From the NCBI GenBank assembly GCA_041687695.1, contig JAWLBL010000004.1, forward strand, positions 96,001 to 160,000: a DNA stretch of 64,000 bases. The letters are read 5' to 3'. The notes below the pieces were generated by a model. The model ran no database searches. It saw nothing but the letters and a program-made list of their open reading frames with translations, and had not been told where the DNA came from. Position 1 is the first letter of the stretch. Every line of letters begins with the position of its first letter. A program made the position numbers and the translations under genes. Positions 1 through 8,774 of the stretch are shown here, in pieces. The stretch is from Myxococcota bacterium (GTDB taxonomy: Bacteria; Myxococcota_A; UBA9042; PHBI01; JAWLBL01).

Positions 1-90
1 GTACAGCTCGAAGGCCACGGCGACGTCTCCGGCGTTCCACAGCTCGTCGACACTGCGGCGCACTAGTTCGTGGACGTCCTGCGAGGCCAT
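1..90 (-). CDS. SnoaL-like ester cyclase / NTF2-family protein (N-terminus only, runs off window)
   Basis: Manual translation from ATG at 90 gives MASQDVHELVRRSVDELWNAGDVAVAFELY, a typical SnoaL N-terminus. AGGGGG RBS-like motif lies just upstream. Confidence 0.65.
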   Translation of the reverse strand, partial: MASQDVHELVRRSVDELWNAGDVAVAFELY

Positions 91-275
91 TGAACCCCCT
101 CGTAATGCGAGTGCGTCGACCCTAGCCGCGCCGGACCGCCCGCGCAAAGCCGGGGAGTCATTGGAGCGCGGCCACGGCGCAGGCCCGCCAGCTGCGGTGA
201 CCGCCGGGGCCCCGCCCGCGGGATGAAACTCGCTCAGAGACGCGAAATCACTGACGATCGAGGCCCGCGCTGCGG

Positions 276-2255
276 CTAGGGGCAGCAGCACCCCGCGGTG
301 CCGCACGACAGCGTCACGACCAGGGTGTAGGGGCCGTAGTCGTAGTCGTCGTCGAAGGCCATGCGGCCGTCGACGACCACGGTGTGCCACCCGTCCACCG
401 TCGCCACCCAGGTCAGCGTCTCCTGGCCGCCGTCGCCCTTGTCGTTCTTGCACGTCAGCGGCGACCCGCCCGACTTGCACTGGGTGCCCGCGTACAGCTT
501 CATCATCAGGTTCATGTCATTGTACTGCGGGGTCAGCTTGAACGTGACCGTCTCGCCCGCCACCAGCCAGATCCGATAGAACTGGTCGTACTTGGCGTCC
601 CAACAGGCCGACTCGTTGGTCGACAGGTCGTCGTTGTTCTTGGCCTTGGTCGTGTCGCCCATGAAGTAGGCCCCGACCAGCGCGTCCTTGCGGCCGACGA
701 CCTTGGCCGACGAGCAGGTGTTGGCGTTCGGCGTCAGATCGCTCTGGCAGCCCTGGACCTGGCAGTCGGGCACGCAGCTCACGCCCTGGCAGTGCTCCTC
801 GGCCGGACAGTGCAGATCGCTCAGGCACTCCCCGCACGTCGACCCGTCCGGCGCGCAGTACGGCGTCGCCCCGCCGCACGGCTGGCAGGTCGCCCCGCAC
901 GCCTCCACCGTGTCGCACTTGACGCAGCCGCCGCCCTCGCAGCGCCAGCCCGGCCCGCACGAGGTCGCGCTGCAGACGCACTGGCCGCCGCTGCAGACCG
1001 GCGTCGCGCCGCCGCACTCCAGACACGACGGCCCGCAGTGGTCGGGGTCATCGTCCGAGCACGACGTGCACTGCTTGCCGTCGCAGTACGCGCCCGCGCC
1101 GCACGACGTCGCGCTGCACACGCACACGCTGCCGGCGCACACGGGCTTGTCCCCCCCGCACGGGGCGCAGGTCGGCCCGCACGCCGCCGCCGTGTCACAG
1201 GCCACGCACCCGCCGCCCTGGCACAGGGACCCCGCCCCGCAGTCCTCGTCGGTGCCGCAGGCGCACTTGCCGTTCACGCACGTCGGCGTGCTGCCGGTGC
1301 ACACGGCGCAGCTGGCGCCGCAGTGCAGCGGGTCGCTGGCCCCGCACGCCACGCACTGACCGGCCGAGCAGTACTTGCCGGCCCCGCACTGCGCGTCCGC
1401 CGTGCAGAAGCACTGGCCGTTGTTGCACACCGGCGTCGGCCCCAGCGTGCAGTCCACGCAGTCGAACCCGCAGTGCGTCGCCTGGTTGCACGTGACGCAG
1501 GCGCCGCCCTGGCAGGACGTCCCCGGTCCGCACGAGCCGGCGTCGCAGACGCACTGGCCGCCGTCGCACACCGGCGTCGCCCCGCCGCAGGGCGCGCAGG
1601 TCGGCCCGCAGGCCGCCGCGGTCGCGCAGGCCACGCACGTCCCGCCGACGCACTGAGCGCCCGCCCCACACGGCACCTCGTCCGAGCAAGCGACGCAGCC
1701 CGCGCCGTCCGCGCTGCACGTCTTCCCGGTCGCCGTGCAGTCGACGCAGGCGGCCCCGCACCGCGCGTCGCTGTCGCACGGCTCGCACACGCCGCCGTTA
1801 CACCACGCGCCCGCGCCGCAGCTGACCGGCGTGCACACGCACTGCCCGTCGACGCACACCGGCTCGTCCACGGGGCACGCGTCGCAGCCGCCCCGGCTCG
1901 TGTCCGCCGGCGGCCGGCTCGCGTCTTGCGGCGCGCTCACGTCTTGCGGCGCGCTCACATCCGGCGTCGGCTCCTCGGCGTCCTCGCCGACGTCCTCGAC
2001 GCTGCCCGCGTCACCCGGCCCGCTGCCGTCCGGCGTCCCGACCGGCCCGGCGTCCTTGCCCGGCCCGAACACGACCTCGAAGTCCCCCGTCGTGTCCACC
2101 GCCACGTCGGCCGCGCCGCCCTCGGGGTCCCCCGAACAGGCGATCATCCCGGCGGCCGCGGCCAGCGCCCACACCAGGGCCGCCCATCGCGCCCGCCCGC
2201 GGCGGGGGTGGTCCAACCCATCGGGTCGCGGCGTCGGCGTGGTCGTCGGCGTCAT
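276..2255 (-). CDS. Cys-rich repeat lipoprotein with C-terminal PPC-like (pre-peptidase C) domain
   Basis: Start set at MTPTTT (GAGGAGG upstream). Lipobox-like MIAC-SG, acidic linker, many CGxxCxxCxGxTPVCxGGQCVC repeats, C-terminal beta domain (DQFYRIWLVAGETVTFKL...YTLVVT). Confidence 0.75.
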   Translation of the reverse strand: MTPTTTPTPRPDGLDHPRRGRARWAALVWALAAAAGMIACSGDPEGGAADVAVDTTGDFEVVFGPGKDAGPVGTPDGSGPGDAGSVEDVGEDAEEPTPDVSAPQDVSAPQDASRPPADTSRGGCDACPVDEPVCVDGQCVCTPVSCGAGAWCNGGVCEPCDSDARCGAACVDCTATGKTCSADGAGCVACSDEVPCGAGAQCVGGTCVACATAAACGPTCAPCGGATPVCDGGQCVCDAGSCGPGTSCQGGACVTCNQATHCGFDCVDCTLGPTPVCNNGQCFCTADAQCGAGKYCSAGQCVACGASDPLHCGASCAVCTGSTPTCVNGKCACGTDEDCGAGSLCQGGGCVACDTAAACGPTCAPCGGDKPVCAGSVCVCSATSCGAGAYCDGKQCTSCSDDDPDHCGPSCLECGGATPVCSGGQCVCSATSCGPGWRCEGGGCVKCDTVEACGATCQPCGGATPYCAPDGSTCGECLSDLHCPAEEHCQGVSCVPDCQVQGCQSDLTPNANTCSSAKVVGRKDALVGAYFMGDTTKAKNNDDLSTNESACWDAKYDQFYRIWLVAGETVTFKLTPQYNDMNLMMKLYAGTQCKSGGSPLTCKNDKGDGGQETLTWVATVDGWHTVVVDGRMAFDDDYDYGPYTLVVTLSCGTAGCCCP

Positions 2256-2445
2256 CGGCGGGCCCTCCTCGCGAGCGGGGCGATCAGACTGGCCCGAAGC
2301 CGCCTTCGGTTCAAGGGCCGCGGCCGAGCCGCGGGCAGGAGCCCGTCCGCCCGGCCCGCAGCTCCACGCCCATCGGCCCCGGCACCGGCCCCCGCCTCTC
2401 CGGACCATGGACACCCACCCGACCGCCGGGCTAGCTTGCCGCCCC

Positions 2446-3315
2446 ATGAAGGTCCATCACCTCAACTGCGCCACCCTGCGCCCCTGGGCCGGCAAGACGC
2501 TGCTCGGCCCCGGCGACGCCACCACCGACGCCCACCTGCCCGGGTGCATGGTCTGCCACTGCCTGCTGGTCGAGACCTCGGCCGGCCTCGTGCTGGTCGA
2601 CTCCGGCTTCGGCCTGCAGGACGTCGCCCGCGCGAACGAGCGCCTCGGCCGCGCCTTCGTCGCCATCTCGCGCCCGCGCCTCGACCCCGCCGAGACCGCC
2701 GCCCACCAGGTCGAGCGCCTCGGCTACCGCCGCGAGGACGTCCGCCACGTCGTCCTGACCCACCTCGACCTCGACCACGCCGGCGGCCTGTCCGACTTCC
2801 CCCAGGCCAGGGTCCACCTGCACCGGCGCGAGCTCGACGCGGCCACCCGCCCCGCCAGCCGCAAGGACACCATGCGCTACCGCGCGGCCCAGTGGGCCCA
2901 CGGCCCCGACTGGCGCCCCTACGAGGCCGACGGCGAGACCTGGAACGGCCTGTCCTGCGTCCGCCCCCTCGACGGCGTCCCCGACGACGTCCTGCTCCTG
3001 CCCCTCGACGGCCACTCGCGCGGCCACTCCGGCGTCGCCATCCGCGCCGCGGGCCCGGGCGGCGACGGCTGGCTGGTCCACGCCGGCGACAGCTACTTCC
3101 ACCGCGACGAGATCCACGCCCGCCCACCGCGCTGCCCCCGCGGCCTCCAGCTCTTCCAGCGCTTCACCCAGGTCGACGGCCAGCGCCGCCTCGACAACCA
3201 GCAGCGCCTGCGCGACCTCGTCGACGCCCACCCCTCCGTGACCGTGTTCTCGGCCCACGACCCGGTCGAGTACGCCCGCCTCACCGCCGCCCCCTCCGCC
3301 GCGGCCGCCGCCTGA
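2446..3315 (+). CDS. MBL-fold metallo-hydrolase
   Basis: MKVHHLNC start, THLDLDHAGG metal-binding motif, GHSRGH, HAGD, SAHD. Confidence 0.9.
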   Translation: MKVHHLNCATLRPWAGKTLLGPGDATTDAHLPGCMVCHCLLVETSAGLVLVDSGFGLQDVARANERLGRAFVAISRPRLDPAETAAHQVERLGYRREDVRHVVLTHLDLDHAGGLSDFPQARVHLHRRELDAATRPASRKDTMRYRAAQWAHGPDWRPYEADGETWNGLSCVRPLDGVPDDVLLLPLDGHSRGHSGVAIRAAGPGGDGWLVHAGDSYFHRDEIHARPPRCPRGLQLFQRFTQVDGQRRLDNQQRLRDLVDAHPSVTVFSAHDPVEYARLTAAPSAAAAA

Positions 3316-3326
3316 CGGACCTCCTC

Positions 3327-4064
3327 ATGCGCACGACCCAGACCTCCTTCGGCGAGCTGACCTGCCGCGTCGTCGGCGATCCCGACCAGTCCCCCACCCT
3401 GGCCGTCGTCCTCTGCCACGGCTACGGCGCCCCCGGCACCGACCTCGTCCCGCTCGCCGCCGAGCTCGCGCGCGCCCACCCGCGCCTGCAGACCGGCGTC
3501 CGCTTCGTCTTCCCCGAGGCGCCCCTGTCGCTGGCGAGCCTCGGCTACGGCGGCGGCCGCGCCTGGTGGCACCTCGAGATGGAGCGCTTCATGATGTCGC
3601 CCGGCCCCGCGCTGGTCGACTACCTGCGCCGCTCCGAGCCCGAGGGCCTGCCCGCCGCGCGCCGCAAGCTGCGCGCCAGCCTCGACGCCCTGACCGCCCA
3701 GACCGGCCTGCCCATGGGGCGGGTCGTCCTCGGCGGCTTCTCGCAGGGCGCCATGCTTGCGACCGACACGGCCCTGCGGCTCGAGGAGGCGCCGGCCGCC
3801 CTGGTCGCCTTCTCGCCGACGCTGCTGAGCGAGGACGCCTGGCGCCGCGCCGCCTCGGTCCGCGCCGGCCTGCCGGCCCTGGTCTGCCACGGCCGCCAGG
3901 ACCCGCTGCTGCCCTTCGCAGGCACCGAAGCGCTGCGCGATCTGCTGCGCGACGCCGGCCTCGACGTGACCTTCCTCCCGTTCGAGGGCGGCCACACCAT
4001 CGGCCACGAGGGGCTGACCCGCCTCGCCCACCTGCTCGAGCGGCTGCAGGGCGAGGCGGGCTGA
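3327..4064 (+). CDS. Phospholipase/carboxylesterase (alpha/beta hydrolase)
   Basis: LCHGYGA, GGFSQGA nucleophile elbow, HGRQDP, FEGGHTI. This is the C-terminal part of ORF 384..4064. Confidence 0.9.
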   Translation: MRTTQTSFGELTCRVVGDPDQSPTLAVVLCHGYGAPGTDLVPLAAELARAHPRLQTGVRFVFPEAPLSLASLGYGGGRAWWHLEMERFMMSPGPALVDYLRRSEPEGLPAARRKLRASLDALTAQTGLPMGRVVLGGFSQGAMLATDTALRLEEAPAALVAFSPTLLSEDAWRRAASVRAGLPALVCHGRQDPLLPFAGTEALRDLLRDAGLDVTFLPFEGGHTIGHEGLTRLAHLLERLQGEAG

Positions 4065-4076
4065 CCGACTCGCGGC

Positions 4077-4523
4077 CTAGTCGTCGCTGCGGCGCAGCAC
4101 CAGCACCGGGCAGTGGGCGTGCCGGATGACGGTCTCGGCCACCGACCCCAGCAGCAGGCGCTTGATGCCGCTGCGCCCGTGCGACGGCAGGACGACCAGC
4201 TCGGCGTCGACCTCGGCCGCGAAGTCGCAGATGGTCAGGCCCGGTGAGCCGAAGCGGATGGCCAGCTGCGTCCCGGTCAGGCCGCGCTTGTCCAGCTCCT
4301 TGGCGACGGCCTCGCGCACCGCGGTCGCCCGCTTCTGGTCGTTCAGCTCGCCGACCAGCACGCCCGGCGCGACGCTCGACAGCGGCTCGAGCACGTAGAC
4401 GAGCTTGACGACGGCGGGGTCCGAGACCATCTGGCGCGCCGTCTCGGCCGCCAGGTACGAGGCCTCGGAGTGATCGATGGGGACGACGATGCAGCGGCTC
4501 GGAGGCCAGTTGGTCATGACCAT
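4077..4523 (-). CDS. Universal stress protein (UspA family)
   Basis: IVVPIDHSEAS, then SHGRSGIKRLLLGSVAETVIRHAHCPVLV. Confidence 0.92.
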   Translation of the reverse strand: MVMTNWPPSRCIVVPIDHSEASYLAAETARQMVSDPAVVKLVYVLEPLSSVAPGVLVGELNDQKRATAVREAVAKELDKRGLTGTQLAIRFGSPGLTICDFAAEVDAELVVLPSHGRSGIKRLLLGSVAETVIRHAHCPVLVLRRSDD

Positions 4524-4721
4524 GGTCGTTCACCTCCCCGGCAGCGGGGGCGTAGGTTGAGGGCGTTGGGAGACTTCCGGCCGTTATAGACGACCCGCGA
4601 AGCGGCGGACAACCCGCGTGTCGCGGACGGCGGCCCGCCCGGCGGCCGTGACACGCCCATGAAGCCCTTCGGCGGATTCCGAGAGGCATCGAGGGCCGGG
4701 CCGTGGCATCCTGCGCCGGTG

Positions 4722-5783
4722 ATGACGTTCCGCCTGCCCCACCTAGCCGCTCTGTTCGCCGTCCTCCTGCTCGCCTGTGGCGACGGCCCGGGCGCCAACC
4801 CGCCTGCCTCCGACGCCTCGGACGCCGCCCAGGCCGACATCGCGCCGCAGCCCGACGCCGACGCCTCACCCGACGGCGTCGGTCACGAAGACGCCGCGCC
4901 CCCCGACGCCATCGCGCCTCCGGTCCGCAACCCCCGCGCCCTGCGCGTCGCGACGTGGAACGTCAAGCGCCTGTTCGACACCACCTGCGACACCGGCAAG
5001 TGCGGCGGCTGGAACGACTACGAGGAGCTGCCGAGCGCCGACGAGTTCGCCGCCAAGGTGGGCGACGTGGCCGACCGCATCGACGACTTCGCGGCGGACA
5101 TCGTCATCTTGCAGGAGATCGAGAGCGACGCGGCCCTCGACGCCGTGGTCGCCGCCCTCGACCCGCAGGGCGACACCTGGAAGACGTCGCACCTCGGCGA
5201 GATCGGCCCGGACTACGCCACGGTGGACGTCGCCATCCTGGCCCGCTTCCCCTACATCGGTGCCTATCACCACCGCGCCAAGACGCCGCTCCTCCTGGCC
5301 GACGGCACCGAGGAGAAGTTCGCCCGCGAGTTCCTCGAGGTCCACCTGAACGTGCCCGACGCCGACGGCGCGCTGCCCGAGCGGGTCGTCGTCTTCGCCG
5401 CCCACTTCAAGTCCAAGGCCAACGACCAGCCGCAGCTCCGCCTCGCCGAGGCCAAGGCCGCCCACGACATCGTGGCCGCCCGCGCCGCCGCCACCCCCGA
5501 CGCCCTCATCATCCTCGGCGGCGACCTCAACGACGTGCCCGGCTCCGCGCCGCTCACGGCGCTCGAGGGCTCGGGCGCCCTCTCCCGCGTCGCCGCCGAC
5601 GTCCACGCCGACTATCGCTGGACCTTCAACTTCAACGGCAAGCAGCAGGCCATCGACCACCTCTTCCTCGCCACGGGCGCCTCGGGCCAGTACGTCCCCG
5701 GCTCGGCCCACGCCCGCCGCGATCACCCCAACGGCCTGGGCCTCAGCGACCACGCCGCGCTGCTGGCCGACTTCCTGTTCTGA
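4722..5783 (+). CDS. Exported endonuclease/exonuclease/phosphatase (EEP) family lipoprotein
   Basis: Lipobox LLAC-G, VATWNV, ILQEIE, HFKSK, GGDLND, IDH, SDH motifs. Confidence 0.88.
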   Translation: MTFRLPHLAALFAVLLLACGDGPGANPPASDASDAAQADIAPQPDADASPDGVGHEDAAPPDAIAPPVRNPRALRVATWNVKRLFDTTCDTGKCGGWNDYEELPSADEFAAKVGDVADRIDDFAADIVILQEIESDAALDAVVAALDPQGDTWKTSHLGEIGPDYATVDVAILARFPYIGAYHHRAKTPLLLADGTEEKFAREFLEVHLNVPDADGALPERVVVFAAHFKSKANDQPQLRLAEAKAAHDIVAARAAATPDALIILGGDLNDVPGSAPLTALEGSGALSRVAADVHADYRWTFNFNGKQQAIDHLFLATGASGQYVPGSAHARRDHPNGLGLSDHAALLADFLF

Positions 5784-5969
5784 CCCGACGCGGCGCCCCG
5801 CCGGCGCGCCGGAAAACGCTGGGGCGGCCGTGGCGCGCCGCGGGCGCTCGGGTGTACCTTTTCGAAGGTCGTCGCGGCCGCCACCGGCCTCGCGCACGGG
5901 GGACTGCAGACAGCCACACGCGGGCGCGTCAGGGCTCGGGGGAGCCCTGGCGCGTCACACCCAGCGGCC

Positions 5970-7688
5970 CTACCTCGCCACGGCGGCGACCCGGTCCCTG
6001 CGGTAGACGTCGTGCAGGAAGTGCACCCGCCCCGCGTCGTCCACCCGCGCGGTCACGTAATCGACCACGATGGGCACGCGCCGGTCCAGCGGGATGGGCG
6101 TCTCCTTGTAGTGCTTCATGACCCGCGCGTCCTCGGCGGCCTGCCAGCTGCCGTCGCGCTCGAGCAGCAGGCGCGCCAGGTCCAGCGGCTGGTCGACCCG
6201 CATGCACCCGTGGCTGAAGGCGCGCCGCGTCGCCTTGAACTTCGTCTTGGCCGGCGTGTCGTGCAGGAAGACGAAGTCGCGGTTCTCGAAGATGATCTTC
6301 ACCTTGCCCAGCGCGTTGCCCGGCCCCGGCTCGCGCCGCACCCACTGCCGCGCCGGGTCGTCGCCGCCCATCACCTCGAAGCGGTGCCGCGCCCAGTAGT
6401 CGGGCGCGTCGGCCTCGGCCTCGGCGGCGTATTTTTCGGCGTCGGGCTTCAGCTCGCGCTCGAGGATGCGCCGCGGCACGTTCCAGTACGGGTTGTAGAT
6501 GACCTGGTGGATGTACGACACCAGGGTCGGCGTGGCGTTCACCATCCGGCCGCGCTCGCGCTGGGTCCCGCCGACCACCACTCGGAAGCGGTGGACCCGC
6601 TCGGGGCCGTCCCAGACCTCGCCGTGATAGTCGGGCACGTTCACGAAGACGGCGTAGGGGAAGTCGTTCAGCGCGCTGGCCCGCCAGCGGTCCAGGTTCA
6701 GCCGCAGCGTCGCGATCCGCTCGGTGACCGGCACGGCCAGCGCCTCGAGCAGCGCCTTGTCCACGAGCCCCTTGTCGCCCCGCCGCGGCGGCTCCAGCTG
6801 ATAGGCCTCGCGCGCCCGGCGCAGCGCCTCCGTCAGCGCCTCGTCCCAGGTCTCGCCGCCGGCCGCGGGGTCCAGGGCCTGGTCCTCTTGCGCCAGCCGC
6901 GCCCGCAGCGCCGCGACGGCCGGGTGCGCCTTGCCCGGCGTGGCCTTGAGCGCCTCGCGCGGCACCTCGACGAACCCGCCGGCCGCCGCCAGCGCCTCGT
7001 AGCGGGGCAGGGCGACGCGCAGCCGCTCGTAGGGCTGGCGCGTCGGCGGCAGCGTCGCCAGCAGCGCCGTCGGGTCGTCCCAGGTCGCCAGCGCCTCCAC
7101 CAGACGCGCCTGTTGCCGCGCCGGCTCCTCGGGCGGGTGGACGCGCGTCGCGCCGTGCGCCTGGGCCAGCGCCAGCAGCAGGTGGGCCAGCGCGTGCTCG
7201 GCGTGCACCAGGGTCCGGGCGCGGGCGCGATCGGCCGTCGGCTCGCCCGTCCAGTCGGTCGCCAGCGCCTCCTCGACCAGCCCGGCCAGCTCGTCGCGGT
7301 GGACCTGCGGCACCGCGCTCGGGTCCAGGCCGTGGGCCGGCAGCTCGGCGGCGGCGGCCAGCAGCGCCTCGGCGCGCGGGGCCAGCCCGTCGGGGGTCGC
7401 CAGGACCAGGGCGTCGCCCGCCGAAGCCTGCAGCGCTCGCAGCCGCTCGCGCGCCGCCTCGGGCAGCGGCACCGGCCCGCTCAGCGCGGCGTCCAGCAGC
7501 TCCGTGAGCGCGGGCGCCTGGGCCGGCGGCGGCGGGGCCGGCGCCTGGACCGGGGCCGCCTCGGCGGCCGTCGCCTCGGTGGGCGCCGTCGCCTCGGGCG
7601 GCGAGGGTGGCGGCGGCGCCGGAGCGTCACCGCGGCAGGCCGGCAGGGTCAGGGCGAGGACGAGGAGCCAGCGACCAGGAGGTGTCAC
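5970..7688 (-). CDS. L,D-transpeptidase, YcbB/LdtD-like lipoprotein
   Basis: GTG start overlaps the upstream TGA (GTGA). Lipobox LPAC, VNVPDY, NPYWNVP, PGPGNALGKVK, VFLHDTP, SHGCMRV catalytic motif. Confidence 0.88.
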   Translation of the reverse strand: MTPPGRWLLVLALTLPACRGDAPAPPPPSPPEATAPTEATAAEAAPVQAPAPPPPAQAPALTELLDAALSGPVPLPEAARERLRALQASAGDALVLATPDGLAPRAEALLAAAAELPAHGLDPSAVPQVHRDELAGLVEEALATDWTGEPTADRARARTLVHAEHALAHLLLALAQAHGATRVHPPEEPARQQARLVEALATWDDPTALLATLPPTRQPYERLRVALPRYEALAAAGGFVEVPREALKATPGKAHPAVAALRARLAQEDQALDPAAGGETWDEALTEALRRAREAYQLEPPRRGDKGLVDKALLEALAVPVTERIATLRLNLDRWRASALNDFPYAVFVNVPDYHGEVWDGPERVHRFRVVVGGTQRERGRMVNATPTLVSYIHQVIYNPYWNVPRRILERELKPDAEKYAAEAEADAPDYWARHRFEVMGGDDPARQWVRREPGPGNALGKVKIIFENRDFVFLHDTPAKTKFKATRRAFSHGCMRVDQPLDLARLLLERDGSWQAAEDARVMKHYKETPIPLDRRVPIVVDYVTARVDDAGRVHFLHDVYRRDRVAAVAR

Positions 7689-8686
7689 GCCGCGTCGACC
7701 GTGAGGCGAGGGGACACCTCGCCGGCGAGGAGCTTGAAGAAGGGCTCGGTGCGGGCCCAGGCCATGCCGTGGTGCACGCGCCAGGCGGGCAGGGGGTGCG
7801 TGCGCCGGTTGTTGTTGAACATCTCGGTGATCTGCAGGAGCAGGTCGCCGTCGCGCAGCTGCTCGGCCTCGTTGGCCTGGTCGATGAACGCGGCGACGTC
7901 CATCTCCTCGAGGTAGCGGCTGTTGCCGCCCGACAGCAGCATGTGCGTGCGCACGAAGGTCTCGAGCGACCCCGTCGTCAGCAGCTCGCCGCGGTCGGCC
8001 GAGAGCTCGGACATCTGGTACCAGCGCGTCAGCGCCACCTGCAGCGGGGCCAGCAGCGCGCCCGCGATGCCCAGCAGCCGCTGCAGGATGGCCAGGCCGC
8101 CGTTGATGACGAGGATGGCGATGGTCCGGTACAGCACGTGGCCCAGCTTCACGTGCGTCAGCTCGTGGCCCAGCACGCCGGTGATCTCGCGCTCGCCCAT
8201 GCCGTCGAGCAGGCCCGACGTCACCCCGACCATCGGCGCGCCCGCGCCCATGGCGAAGGCGTTCATCCCCGGGTCCTGCACGATGAACAGCGGCGGCGGA
8301 TCCACGTCCACGCGCCCGGCCGCCTCGAGGTAGCTGCGCCACAGCCGGGGCGCCTGCTTCTCGTCGATGCGCACCGCGCCGGCCAGCATCTGGAAGCGGG
8401 CCAGCTTGTCGAGCGTCGCCGCGAAGACGGTCGACACGACCTTCTCGGCGTAGGGGATCGCCTTGAGCGCCTTGAGCGCCTCGCGGTCCCAGGGGTGCGC
8501 CAGATCCTCGGCCCGCACGTTGGTCAGCGGCTCGCCCGACACGCGCAGCAGCGGCACGAGGCACCGTCCGCACTTGACCGCCGCCAGGTCCGCGAGCGCG
8601 CGCTCGACCGGGAAGCGGTTGCCGGAGCCGCAGGCGCGGCACTTGAGGGTGACGGACTCGACCGTGCCATCGTACTTGGGCGGCAT
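7685..8686 (-). CDS. M48 family zinc metallopeptidase with N-terminal CxxC...CxxC zinc ribbon
   Basis: NAFAMG, GHELTH, ELSADR, THP motifs. N-terminal CRACGSGNR...CGRC. Confidence 0.88.
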   Translation of the reverse strand: MPPKYDGTVESVTLKCRACGSGNRFPVERALADLAAVKCGRCLVPLLRVSGEPLTNVRAEDLAHPWDREALKALKAIPYAEKVVSTVFAATLDKLARFQMLAGAVRIDEKQAPRLWRSYLEAAGRVDVDPPPLFIVQDPGMNAFAMGAGAPMVGVTSGLLDGMGEREITGVLGHELTHVKLGHVLYRTIAILVINGGLAILQRLLGIAGALLAPLQVALTRWYQMSELSADRGELLTTGSLETFVRTHMLLSGGNSRYLEEMDVAAFIDQANEAEQLRDGDLLLQITEMFNNNRRTHPLPAWRVHHGMAWARTEPFFKLLAGEVSPRLTVDAA

Positions 8687-8774
8687 GCGGCTCCTCGCGG
8701 GCGGCAGCGCGGGCGGACCCCGGTAGCCTGCGCCCCTGCGGCGGGCTACTCCAGGCAGGCCGCCCAGCGGCGGG

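Noticed and set aside
140..275. Riboswitch or hammerhead ribozyme (GAAA and CTGACGA motifs; GCAAAGCC)
   Set aside because: I could not build the required stems and cleavage triplet for a hammerhead, nor a c-di-GMP-I or glycine aptamer. An Rfam scan would settle it.
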